Translations under genes and position numbers: made by a program
Shown here: positions 1 to 9,268 of the stretch, one piece after another
Numbering within the stretch: position 1 is the stretch's first letter
How the letters are laid out: each line of letters begins with the position of its first letter
Notes under the pieces: model-generated
The model's input: the letters and a program-made list of their open reading frames with translations, nothing else
What the model was told of the DNA's origin: nothing
Database searches by the model: none
From: Ignavibacteriota bacterium
GTDB taxonomy: Bacteria > Bacteroidota > Ignavibacteria > UBA10030 > UBA6906
NCBI GenBank assembly: GCA_963801355.1
Contig: CAWDEM010000004.1
Span: 480,001 to 544,000 of the forward strand
DNA length: 64,000 nucleotides
Direction: 5' to 3'

Positions 1-42
1 AACTCCTTTCAACTAATGGATGGTTATTAATTGGAATTGTAG

Positions 43-125
43 GACTATCGACAGGATTCGGACCTGCGCTATGCAAGTGTCTCGTACGCCACACCGCCCT
101 TGGCAATCTTCCAGCTACGATGGTC
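43..125 (-). ncRNA. tRNA-like element / pseudo-tRNA in phage-like region
   Basis: Minus strand reads GACCATCG-TAGCTGG...GCAGG-TCCGAAT-CCTGT-CGATAGTC. This gives an 8-bp acceptor-like stem with one mismatch and a T-arm-like hairpin, but the anticodon loop is aberrant (10 nt). Confidence 0.4.
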
Positions 126-203
126 TAAGGCTGTAGATTGGGCAGATCGAAGCGATCGTGAAGGGGATCAAGCAGACTCTGTACTGGGAAGCGGATGAGG
201 GCA

Positions 204-497
204 CTACGCTGCTTCTCGCTCCTGAGTATCAGTTGTCGTCGAAAGCTCGTGGCTCCAGGAGATGGGACGGACCACAAGCTCTCGGGCTGGCGGGCTGTAA
301 TACACGCAGCAGCTGCCATTGATGATGACACCATCGTCGCACTTGTGCAAGATAGTGTTCACGCGGTCAGCCAGGGAATCGAGGGTTTCCTGGCACTCAT
401 TGAGCATGGCCCGTATGGAGCCTATGCGTTCGAGGGTCTGGAAGTATTCGTACACGGCGTCTTTGTCACTCAACGCTTTCACTTCAATGGATGTCAT
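204..497 (-). CDS. phage-like hypothetical protein
   Basis: ATG at 497 (MTSIEVK) preceded by strong RBS AAAGGAGAG; co-oriented with the replication module. Confidence 0.6.
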   Translation of the reverse strand: MTSIEVKALSDKDAVYEYFQTLERIGSIRAMLNECQETLDSLADRVNTILHKCDDGVIINGSCCVYYSPPARELVVRPISWSHELSTTTDTQEREAA

Positions 498-541
498 TGT
501 TATGCTCTCCTTTGACGGTAATCGTGGATGATGCGTCCACA

Positions 542-709
542 TCAGTTGTCCACGGTTGTCTTGTACCGCTGACGAATCAGGTGACGGAGGATGTCGCTGA
601 TACCCAAGTTGTTGGGTCGGCAGTTGTTGGCTTTACGCTCGGCTCGGGCGATGTGGCGCAGTTCTGCCGCGTCGTTGTCGTTCAGTCGGATGATGATTGG
701 ATTTGTCAT
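542..709 (-). CDS. small putative ribbon-helix-helix DNA-binding protein
   Basis: 55 aa MTNPIIIRLNDNDAAELRHIA...ISDILRHLIRQ with a beta-strand plus two-helix pattern; RBS AAAGGA. Confidence 0.45.
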   Translation of the reverse strand: MTNPIIIRLNDNDAAELRHIARAERKANNCRPNNLGISDILRHLIRQRYKTTVDN

Positions 710-758
710 AGTTGTCCTTTGAAGTCGCCAGTGGCGACGTCCCTCCTGGCTTCTTGGG

Positions 759-935
759 TCACTGCAGTTTCTTTCTGAGGTTGCTGGCATTCCAGTGCGA
801 AATGCCGAAGGTGATTTCTTCAGTGAAAATGCGCAGGGCGAGCTGGACATGGACGCCCTGCTGCATACCGATCATAAGTGTGATGCCGAACCAGGGGCGC
901 AGGCCGATGGTCCAGGCTTTGGTGCGTGGTGTCAT
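759..935 (-). CDS. small hypothetical protein
   Basis: 58 aa MTPRTKAW...; ATGA overlap with the stop of the upstream gene. Confidence 0.4.
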   Translation of the reverse strand: MTPRTKAWTIGLRPWFGITLMIGMQQGVHVQLALRIFTEEITFGISHWNASNLRKKLQ

Positions 936-1447
936 GACGGCTTCTTCATGACCAAGGTTTCTTTCGGCTTCACCGTCAGACCAGGCAAGGTCAAGTTGTG
1001 CTCTGCCAGGTACTTCTTGATGGCATCCCTGTCGGGCTTCGAGGCGAACCGCAGGAGTCCTGCACGGTTGGGATCGGGGACGTTGTTCTCGATCCATGTC
1101 AGGACGTCCGAATCCTTCGGCCAGACAGTCTCGGTCGTAGGGCGGATCGTGAATGTCCCCAGCGGTGTGGCACAGCTCTTGACATCCATCGTGTGCATGA
1201 TGTCGCTGATGGTCGCCTCGATCTGTTCCACGCGTTCCTCGATGGATGCGATGCGGTTGTCGTACCATTTCAGGTAGTCGGCCTTCTGGAGTTTGATGCG
1301 TTCGATCATCTCCAGCGCCTTCTGCCGCGCACCAGCCATCCGTGTGATGGTGAAATCCGTGGCTTCGTAGTTGACGGTCTGTCCTGCGAACGGATCGTCT
1401 TCAAACAACGGTTCGCGTACAGGCGCGTCAAACAGCGGGTCGGACAT
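932..1447 (-). CDS. Gam/Gp157-like phage protein (host-nuclease inhibitor-like)
   Basis: Start MSDPLF; coiled coil followed by KSCATPLGTFTIR and KPDRDAIKKYL...LPGLTV, typical of Mu Gam/siphovirus Gp157 proteins. Confidence 0.6.
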   Translation of the reverse strand: MSDPLFDAPVREPLFEDDPFAGQTVNYEATDFTITRMAGARQKALEMIERIKLQKADYLKWYDNRIASIEERVEQIEATISDIMHTMDVKSCATPLGTFTIRPTTETVWPKDSDVLTWIENNVPDPNRAGLLRFASKPDRDAIKKYLAEHNLTLPGLTVKPKETLVMKKPS

Positions 1448-1796
1448 TTTGGATCCTTTCGCAGAGTGAAATGATGTTGTTGATGAGTTCGTCAATGCAG
1501 AGCGCCGAGCAGTCCTGGGCCTTTTCGATCGCGGCCAGTGCTTCTTGCGCCTGCTGTATTTCCTCGTGTGTAATGTCGTCAACGATAGTTCCCGTGCTGG
1601 TTGCGGCATTGCAGGAATGCCATGCTGTATAATCGCCGTTAGCAAACGGTGGGAGAAATTTCCGTGCGAGATTCTTCCCCCACCAGATTGGCTGTCCACA
1701 CTTCTTGCAATGGGCTTGACCAAACGGAATCACCGAGATCTTCTTGCCGCCGATGTGGACGGACTGGATGTCGTGATGACCTGTTGATAGTGCCAT
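1428..1796 (-). CDS. phage hypothetical protein with CxxC...HxC putative Zn finger
   Basis: HCKKCGQPIWW...WHSC motif; starts 1 nt after the primase-helicase stop. Confidence 0.6.
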   Translation of the reverse strand: MALSTGHHDIQSVHIGGKKISVIPFGQAHCKKCGQPIWWGKNLARKFLPPFANGDYTAWHSCNAATSTGTIVDDITHEEIQQAQEALAAIEKAQDCSALCIDELINNIISLCERIQNVRPAV

Positions 1797-1797
1797 A

Positions 1798-3552
1798 CTA
1801 TAGCCGCACCTCTTCCATGCGGAACGTGTTAGTGTCGTACATCATGGACAAACGGAACGGGGCTTCGTCACGTCCCTTGAGCGACGTAAGAGTGCGATAA
1901 GCAGTCATTCGTGACCCTTCGAAACCCAGTACAACATCACTACGCTGCTCGATAGTAGCAGGCCCAGAAGGACTATGCACGTCCAGAGTGCCCACACTTG
2001 AAGCCTTCTTGCTGATGTGTGACACGCCAAGAATGATGATGCCATATTGCACCGCCATGTTGTGGAGTTCAGTGGGAATGATCTTCATGCGCTCAAAGTC
2101 AGGCACGCCACGCACCTGGATGCAGTCGATGGTATCGACCACAAGGATGCGAGGCTGGTGCTGCGCGATCACCTGGCGGATCTGTTGCAGGTCGGGACTG
2201 GTGGTCATGACCTTGATGTGGGCCAGCTCTTCGGAGAGATGATTGTCGTTGTTCTTGTAGTAGGCGAACACCTGCTCCTTCGACATGCCGTGCGCGATCT
2301 GCACAAAGCGACGGTACATCAACAGATCAGAGTTCTCCAGCGACAAGAGGACAGACGGCATATCCTTCAGATGGACAAGCAGGTTCTGCACCCAGGCGGT
2401 CTTGCCCAGGCCAGTGTCGCCCATGAGCGTGATGTATTCACCTGGCATCAGACGGAACGATGTTGCCATGCCAGGGTAGATGTCTTTCAAGTCAATCACC
2501 TTGCCACTCCAATCCATGCGGCTGAAGACGGCCAGGCGTTTTTCCAGCTCGGCTGCATCCATGACTGCTGCCGCATAGTTCTTCTTGGCGTAGTGAATGC
2601 ACTTGGGGTCGCAGTAGTCCGCCAGCATCTTGGAACGGCAGCTGTACTTGCGGTCACGGTCGAACACATCGTTCACCGTGCGTTCCAGATCATACGGCTC
2701 CAGAGTAGGGAAACGGGGCGTGAGCGCAGCCAGGATGGCTTCCTTCGGGACACCTGCACGACGCCAGGCCGAGGCGATGGCCTGAGTTTTCTCATGACGG
2801 TGATCCAACGAACCGTCAGTGTACATGTTCTGCACGCAGCTCACGATGTTCGACATCTGGTCGGACTTCGCGATGGGCAGTCCTCTGACTGTCGTACGCG
2901 GTTCACTCGGCTGGATAATCAATTCGGGATTCTGCGGTAGGCTGTTGCGTGCAGGCTTCGGACAGTCCAGACGCTGCGTTGTGGCCAGCGCCTTCACCTG
3001 CTCTACGTTCAGACTGAACAGCTCGTCCATGGTCAGGGGGATCTTATACAACCCTGACTTCATGTTGATCGTGTGCGGAACGCGGATGATGCGTCCGCCA
3101 TCATAGATCTGATCGACGGTTGGGAAGTAGTGCGAGAGTGTCGTCTTGACGATGCGCGGCAAATCGGGACCAGGCGTAAAGCCAAAGAAATCAGGCACTT
3201 GCACATGGTAGCCACGTCCAGAGAAGTACACCCAGATGCCATCACCAGACACGAATTCTTTCTTCAGGCGATCGACGAATGCCTTCACCGTGTCGAGTGT
3301 CGCCTGGTCGGTGTTCGGTCCCTTGTCGATGTCGAAGATGATCGTGCTGATGTGGTAATCGCCACGGTACGTTCTGACCGACTTGAGCACCTTCATGTGC
3401 TCCAGGATCTCTGGGCCATACTGAAAATACGACCGATACAGCTCCTGCTTCCCGTCCTTGATGTACGAAGGCACCTGGGACGCGGGAACGATTATGCCGC
3501 GATTGCTGACGCTACCGACGGCAAGCTCGTGATACGTTTCGATACCTTCCAT
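1798..3552 (-). CDS. AEP-type primase fused to RecA/DnaB-like (SF4) helicase
   Basis: AEP motifs IIFDID, FSGRGYH and RIIRVP; central Cys cluster (SC...SC...YCDPKC); Walker A GDTGLGKT, SLE motif, Walker B ILVVDTID. Confidence 0.85.
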   Translation of the reverse strand: MEGIETYHELAVGSVSNRGIIVPASQVPSYIKDGKQELYRSYFQYGPEILEHMKVLKSVRTYRGDYHISTIIFDIDKGPNTDQATLDTVKAFVDRLKKEFVSGDGIWVYFSGRGYHVQVPDFFGFTPGPDLPRIVKTTLSHYFPTVDQIYDGGRIIRVPHTINMKSGLYKIPLTMDELFSLNVEQVKALATTQRLDCPKPARNSLPQNPELIIQPSEPRTTVRGLPIAKSDQMSNIVSCVQNMYTDGSLDHRHEKTQAIASAWRRAGVPKEAILAALTPRFPTLEPYDLERTVNDVFDRDRKYSCRSKMLADYCDPKCIHYAKKNYAAAVMDAAELEKRLAVFSRMDWSGKVIDLKDIYPGMATSFRLMPGEYITLMGDTGLGKTAWVQNLLVHLKDMPSVLLSLENSDLLMYRRFVQIAHGMSKEQVFAYYKNNDNHLSEELAHIKVMTTSPDLQQIRQVIAQHQPRILVVDTIDCIQVRGVPDFERMKIIPTELHNMAVQYGIIILGVSHISKKASSVGTLDVHSPSGPATIEQRSDVVLGFEGSRMTAYRTLTSLKGRDEAPFRLSMMYDTNTFRMEEVRL

Positions 3553-3788
3553 TGTCCTTCCTTCTTTCCTGGGACAGTCTCAATCGCCAGTGCAAACTTG
3601 CACAGGAGCTGCGGATCGCTCCGCAGCTGCCTGAACTGACGTGAGACTGTCGTGGGGTTGACCGTCTTACCTTCGCTGACTGCAATGAAGCGAGGGACAG
3701 ACAGCTCGATCTCATGGCTGCTTACGACGGTACCCTGTCGTTCGAGCAGCCAGGTGGCCAACAACTCCATCACCGACGCATGTCTCAT
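3492..3788 (-). CDS. hypothetical protein, possible winged-helix
   Basis: 98 aa with NPTTVSRQFRQLR helix-turn-helix-like segment; lies between the SSB-like and primase genes. Confidence 0.5.
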   Translation of the reverse strand: MRHASVMELLATWLLERQGTVVSSHEIELSVPRFIAVSEGKTVNPTTVSRQFRQLRSDPQLLCKFALAIETVPGKKEGQWKVSKRITSLPSVASAIAA

Positions 3789-3800
3789 AGATATGATTCC

Positions 3801-4373
3801 TTAGAACATGAGGCCGTCAGCGGCGGCTGCCACAGGGGCTGCCGTCGTGTAGGCATCAGGTGCATTGTCGAGGTCGGCCACATAGTCCTTTGGGTAGCCT
3901 TTGGCCCGTGACTTGGACCATTTCTCGATTGCGGTTTCCTTCGTGCCAGCTACCTGGTTGAAGTAGCCGAACTTCCCTTTGCCCGTCTGCGGATCCTTGC
4001 CGTAGCAGTAGCGGACGTAGAAGACCTTCTTGCCGAGCAGCGCACGCAGCACCGCATCGGGAATTGTCAGGTCGTCGCCGATCGGGCCGTCGTAGCCAGC
4101 GATCTCGATGAGGACATCGCGCACAGGGAATGCACCACCCCAGTCGCTGACTGCACCTTGTTCGTCACGCTTCAGCTGGCCGAACAACAGCAGCTCGGGC
4201 TGGAATGTGAGTCCCTGCGCATCCACAAACAGACGGATGCCGAACTCCACGGGGTTCTTGAATCCTTTGGGCGTTGTGCCCGTCAGGACGCCGACATCAG
4301 CGATCGTGGCTTCCTGGACATACACGTTCGGGGCGACCTGTTCGCCACCGTTATTTTGCTTGCATGACAGCAT
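3801..4373 (-). CDS. putative phage single-stranded DNA-binding protein
   Basis: Beta-rich body, low-complexity linker and C-terminal tail ...AAAADGLMF resembling SSB tails; lies next to the Sak4-like ATPase. Confidence 0.5.
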   Translation of the reverse strand: MLSCKQNNGGEQVAPNVYVQEATIADVGVLTGTTPKGFKNPVEFGIRLFVDAQGLTFQPELLLFGQLKRDEQGAVSDWGGAFPVRDVLIEIAGYDGPIGDDLTIPDAVLRALLGKKVFYVRYCYGKDPQTGKGKFGYFNQVAGTKETAIEKWSKSRAKGYPKDYVADLDNAPDAYTTAAPVAAAADGLMF

Positions 4374-4599
4374 CGGTGTGGCCTTTTTGTTTGTTGTGGT
4401 TGATGATGAATTCTTCGATCATCGTGGCGAACTTATATTCGGTGTCCGCCTCGATGACAATGCGTCCCGTGCTGTTGAGCAGCCGAAACGCGCTTGGGGT
4501 GACGGCGAGCGTGTGGTCCTCGGGGATGAATGCGAGGGCTTGCTGCACGATCGTCAGTCCCCTGCGGGTGATGGATGAGAACGTCAGGGGCTTCGTCAT
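4351..4599 (-). CDS. hypothetical protein
   Basis: 82 aa ORF with ATGA overlap to the upstream ATPase stop. Confidence 0.5.
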   Translation of the reverse strand: MTKPLTFSSITRRGLTIVQQALAFIPEDHTLAVTPSAFRLLNSTGRIVIEADTEYKFATMIEEFIINHNKQKGHTDAVMQAK

Positions 4600-5276
4600 G
4601 CTGCCTTCGCCTGTGCTGGTAAGCCCAAGAATGAATACAACTTAGCGAGGAAGGCCGCTGTGTCATTCGGCATCTGAAGCACGTCTTCGCCAAGTACGTC
4701 GGGCGGACATTTGGCGGATGTGTCGGGCTTGCTCACCCAGAACACATGCTCGCCGCGTTTGCCAGAGACTGCTGGAGCGAGCTGGTCGGTGAACAGGACG
4801 ATCGTGAATTCCTTCTCGATCATACCTTCCCACTCCTTGCCACGGACCTTCAATCGTCGCTCGGGTGCGCCCTCGGTGTTCAGGATCTCATAGTGACCGA
4901 TGACGATGACTTCCTTCTTCACGCGCTTGATGAACTCCATCAGCGTGCCCACTTGTTCGTTGTAGGCTCGCCAGAGATCGAACCCCTTGTACTGCGCCGA
5001 CATCTCGCGGTACAGGATGTCGAGTGTCGCGGAGAGTGATTCGAGTACGACGACACCGATCTTGGCATCGCGGCTGAATGCAGCCAGGGCTTCGAGCACC
5101 TGCTGGAATTTCTCGGCGTGCACGGTGTTGGTGAAGCCGCCTTTGAAGGGCAGCGGTTTGGCTTCAGTGTCGATGAAGCCTGTGGTATCCCGTGGCAGGT
5201 TGCGCAGCGAGGTGGTCTTCCCACTTCCTGGCTTTCCTACAACAAGGATCTTGTAGAAGGGGCGTGGTTGTTCCAT
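4596..5276 (-). CDS. phage AAA_24 / Sak4-like ATPase (ssDNA annealing recombinase family)
   Basis: Walker A GKPGSGKTT, IDTE, VVLESLS, VIGHYE, SAKCP motifs; RBS GGGAG. Confidence 0.8.
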   Translation of the reverse strand: MEQPRPFYKILVVGKPGSGKTTSLRNLPRDTTGFIDTEAKPLPFKGGFTNTVHAEKFQQVLEALAAFSRDAKIGVVVLESLSATLDILYREMSAQYKGFDLWRAYNEQVGTLMEFIKRVKKEVIVIGHYEILNTEGAPERRLKVRGKEWEGMIEKEFTIVLFTDQLAPAVSGKRGEHVFWVSKPDTSAKCPPDVLGEDVLQMPNDTAAFLAKLYSFLGLPAQAKAA

Positions 5277-5520
5277 GCCAATACTCCCATGATTTATGGT
5301 TGGGTCTTGGGTGATTCACCAGGTGCAGAAATGCACCCAGGTAGTGTAACCGCAAGAAGGAACCTCATCACTTCGACACGTCTTGGCACGCCACGTCAAA
5401 GTGATAGCGGCAACGTCATCCAGCGCGTGCTGGAGTCGGCGTGTACAGCGGGAATGATGCGCGAACAATCTGTCGCGGATGCAGTTGCATCCCCGCAGTT
5501 CACCGTGAAGATGGGGGCCA

Positions 5521-5679
5521 AATCTAAGTCATCAGATCGCGTTTGTCAAGAGGTATGTAATCATTACAAGAACTATTGCCGAACTCTTAACGTGTTGATT
5601 TGTAAGACATTACAAGACTCTCAGGTGAACGGCGAGTGTGAATATTTTGCTTGACTTCGGCGCTTTGACGCCTTAGATT
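5521..5679. promoter_or_regulatory. divergent sigma70-like promoter pair with two palindromic operator-like sites
   Basis: Minus: TTGACA-N17-TAGATT (5549-5521). Plus: TTGACT-N17-TAGATT (5651-5679). Palindromes TGTAATcATTACA (5556-5568) and TTGTAAgacaTTACAA (5600-5615) lie between them. Confidence 0.6.
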
Positions 5680-6500
5680 TGCATCCCATCAAGCAGGATT
5701 GTTATGTACTACCTGCTTGAAAAAGTGTTAATGTGCACATGGGTGATATGACGAATTATCAGGGAGGGCTACTGTAATGCAGTTTACGCGAGAGTAAGAA
5801 TTGGGTGTGGTAGTACGATGATCGCCCGCCTCGTAATAGTTCTGCACATATCAAGGCGACGCGGGCTGTCAGCTGTCGGGATATCCTTTCCCCACCGAAA
5901 CGGCAGTTGGCTTGATAAGGGTACTGGCGCCGAGATCACCAGCTGGTTTGAGAAGGACGCAGGCTGCAGCCTGGATTGCTGTACCATTCATTCAGCAACT
6001 CAGGACTAATGGCTCGCTTTGTCGAGGACGTTCCGAAAAGTGATCATGTCGAAGTGACCAATGCGAGTGGAAGTGTCGTGGTATGCTGATGGTCAATTGG
6101 ATGCCGCCTGATCACAACCTACCGAATCCTCCAGGCGGAACACTGCAGTTTCGCATTCAGACTCTGCGAATGCGCTTACTCACGATACTCCAAAGTCGTG
6201 AACCTCCCACTGGTGACGAAGTTTCATCCAGCAAATCAGCTTCCACCACGCTTCCCCGCTATTACCTGCCATCAGACCTGCGGGACATGCAGTATGAGGC
6301 CTCCCCGAGCTTAGTGATGTCATGACGTAACGTGGGCATTGGTGAAGTTGGCTTTTTGCGAGCGCCTGCTTTCTGGCGCGAGCCCTTAATCTACCAGTGA
6401 CGACATTCGAATCATCGCTTTGTAGGATGTGCTCATCAGCTGTCGAGGCGAGCTTTCTGGAACGAGACGACTGTGGGAGAGGTAGATGCCCAGGCTTGCA

Positions 6501-6962
6501 CTACAGAAGCCCAAGTTCAGCGAGCGAGGCATAGCTTGAATCAGTGAAGATGATGTGGTCATGGAGAGGAATCCCCAGGATGCGGCCTGCGTCAGCCAAT
6601 TGCTTAGTGATTTGAACGTCGTCATTGCTGGGTTCCAATGTCCCACTCGGATGATTGTGAGCGACGATAACTGAGGCCCCCAGATTCTGAACTGCTGCAC
6701 GGAAGACCTCCCTTGGGTGCGATAGTGACGAATTCAGAATGCCTACCGTGATGAAGTCTATCACCTGCACGACATTCCTGCCATTGAGTGCGAACACCAC
6801 CATTTGTTCGTAGGGTAGCTCTGCAAACACCCAGCGAAATGACGTATACAGCTCCTCTGGACTGCGAATGGGTTCCCTTCTGAAATTGGGGGGTACTTCT
6901 TGCTCTTGCAGTTTCCAAACGACCTTACGAAGTTGAATGCGTGGATATGAGATGCGAATCAT
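6501..6962 (-). CDS. radC: RadC-family JAB-domain protein
   Basis: PREVFRAAV, AHNHPSG...PSNDD, LHDHIIF motifs; short form typical of mobile elements. Confidence 0.9.
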   Translation of the reverse strand: MIRISYPRIQLRKVVWKLQEQEVPPNFRREPIRSPEELYTSFRWVFAELPYEQMVVFALNGRNVVQVIDFITVGILNSSLSHPREVFRAAVQNLGASVIVAHNHPSGTLEPSNDDVQITKQLADAGRILGIPLHDHIIFTDSSYASLAELGLL

Positions 6963-7086
6963 CGGTTCCATTCCTTGTTCAAGTGTCGGACGTTTCGAAA
7001 AATGCACCGCCGCACCTCATTGCTGAGGCACGACGATGCAATTGGCACCTTCCACGGAGCCGACGTCAAGCTCCGTAGTCGGGAGC

Positions 7087-7320
7087 TCAAAAGTCGTCTG
7101 CGTGGGCAGGCAGTAGGGCATTCCAGTAAATGTCGCTGAGTGCAGCCCACTCGTTTGCGACCATCGACAGTGCATCTTGTTCTGCATCGGCCTCCAGTTC
7201 TTCCTCTATGCGTGCGGGGTGATCGATGGCATACTGGCGCGCCTCCAGGAATCCCGTAAAGATGACAATGTCAGGCTGTGGTGATGCGATGGGGTTGCGG
7301 AAGACATGGTAGGTCATCAC
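7087..7320 (-). CDS. small acidic hypothetical protein
   Basis: GGAGG RBS upstream; 77 aa acidic ORF. Confidence 0.5.
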   Translation of the reverse strand: MMTYHVFRNPIASPQPDIVIFTGFLEARQYAIDHPARIEEELEADAEQDALSMVANEWAALSDIYWNALLPAHADDF

Positions 7321-7520
7321 CGTGTCCTCCCATTGACATTCGCAGCAATGACCGTACTGTGGCTTGGACGTGATGTTTCCATGACGTTATCTCGTTGTTC
7401 GTGTGTCGGATGTTCTGAGGTGGAAAAAGAAGATGAACGCGAGGATGACTGCGGATGAGTCGCGGACTGCCAGAAAGGCTGCACGCCCGATAGTTCAGGC
7501 GCGCAGCGCGATTGTTGGTA

Positions 7521-7988
7521 CTATGCCTTGCAGGCGAATGCAGCCCATTCGTCGGCACTGACGCCGAGGTCTTCCGCAGTAGCTCGTTTGTTGCGGAACA
7601 GTCGGACGGCAAGCCACTGTCCATCAGATTCCAGACGGACGTCCATCCCGCCTGCCAGCTCAATACCCTGGGATACGAGCTTCGCGTGGATGAATTCGCC
7701 GAAGCGCTTCATCTGCTGACCAAGGATATGCGTGGTTACGTCACCCTTGTCGAGCGCCAGAGCGGCCAGCTGCTTAACGTCGGCAACGTCGAGCTTGGCT
7801 GTCGCGACGCGAAGTGTGCATCGGATGAACTCATACTTCCCGTCATGCTTTGCCTTTTGGACATCCGTTTCGCGATAGCCATCCTCACGTACGGCACGAC
7901 CTTTGGCGTCGGTGGTGGTGGTGGGGAAGGATTCGAAGCGGACTGAGACGTCTGACGGCATGAACAACGGTGCATTTGAAGTGGCCAT
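7521..7988 (-). CDS. hypothetical protein
   Basis: Start MATSNAPLF with RBS CAGGAG; protein-like composition. Confidence 0.55.
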   Translation of the reverse strand: MATSNAPLFMPSDVSVRFESFPTTTTDAKGRAVREDGYRETDVQKAKHDGKYEFIRCTLRVATAKLDVADVKQLAALALDKGDVTTHILGQQMKRFGEFIHAKLVSQGIELAGGMDVRLESDGQWLAVRLFRNKRATAEDLGVSADEWAAFACKA

Positions 7989-8524
7989 GGTTGTGGCTCC
8001 TGTGGTAGTGGAAGATGATTGGTGAGAACGAGGTTGGACAAACCTGCGAACGGCGTTTCGCCTGCGTCCCCAAAACAACGGGGGAGTAGGTCTGTGATGG
8101 ACTTCGCGCTCCCACTACGAGACAAAAATCTGGCGTTACTGCTCGGCAAGCCGACATATGCTCACATGGGATGGAGTTTTCTTACGGGCAGGCGACATTT
8201 GCTCCCTGCAGCCGTGCAAAGCCCCTACGACGTTGGAAATATGTTGTACTGCTCTGGTGCAGAGCATGGGATTTACATAGATGTACGAGGGCACTCCATC
8301 ACACAGCCGCCAGCTCAGGTCGCTGAAGCATCTGCCGAGATGCCTTCTGATCAGGAGTAGCAGTTAGTCGGGATCAAGTCGCCACTCATGGTCACGCTGA
8401 GGGAAATGATGAATGGCGAGTGGGACTATGTCGCTGAGGGGTTGCAGGAGAATCTGGATGTGGAGCTGGGGGAACTCGTCTACGGTCCAAACACTTCCTG
8501 GACAACACAGATCAGACTTAGAAC

Positions 8525-9268
8525 CTACGAGTTAGGCAAATTCGAAACCGTCTTTTTGCGTGGCCTGGATGGATTCAAATGTCGGCAGTGCCACGTACCA
8601 ACAAAATACAGGAAGCAGAGAGGGAAGAGGTAATACACCTTCTGTTCCGCATCGGGGTACGTCATGAGCTTGATCTTCCGCATGAAGCTCTCATCTTCAG
8701 CAGCTTTGAGTTTGGGTATGAGTGCTTGTGTGTCGAGGCTGCTCCAGCTGAGGTTGTTTGGCTGAGAATTGTAGAGTGTGTAGGCAGCCTCTTCCGAAAC
8801 AGAGTTCGCTTCGATTGTCCTCTGAATGACGTCTTTGAAATGAACATCCATTGCGTACATCGCGATAATGAGAACAATAGCTATGCATGCCACCTTCGTT
8901 CTTGCCTTGGCACTCCGATTAGCGAGAAGTGCGGCTGCTCCAGCCAGGATTGCACAGTAAGATAGTCTTGCCTGAGTCTTTGATTGTTCACGGGTCGCAG
9001 CGGCAGCGGTAATGGTGGAGATCTGCCTCTCAAGCACATCGACGAGAGATTGGTTATGCATCCGAACCATCTCTGGTGTTGCGATGACTGAGTCATTGGT
9101 GTTGACCAGCACTACGTCGAAGCAAACGGTCTGCTCAACTGGAAGAGAACGTGCCACCACAACAAAAGCAAGTGTTAGGCCAAATGCAGCAAAATCTTGC
9201 CAGACAACCCTCCTCCATAATTTCTGAATTCGCTTCATGGTTCTCTTTTGCAGCAGGGTGAGTGTCAC
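8525..9268 (-). CDS. multi-pass membrane hypothetical protein
   Basis: About 4 hydrophobic segments; overlaps the hsdS stop (true start may be MKRIQ at 9238). Confidence 0.6.
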   Translation of the reverse strand: MTLTLLQKRTMKRIQKLWRRVVWQDFAAFGLTLAFVVVARSLPVEQTVCFDVVLVNTNDSVIATPEMVRMHNQSLVDVLERQISTITAAAATREQSKTQARLSYCAILAGAAALLANRSAKARTKVACIAIVLIIAMYAMDVHFKDVIQRTIEANSVSEEAAYTLYNSQPNNLSWSSLDTQALIPKLKAAEDESFMRKIKLMTYPDAEQKVYYLFPLCFLYFVGTWHCRHLNPSRPRKKTVSNLPNS

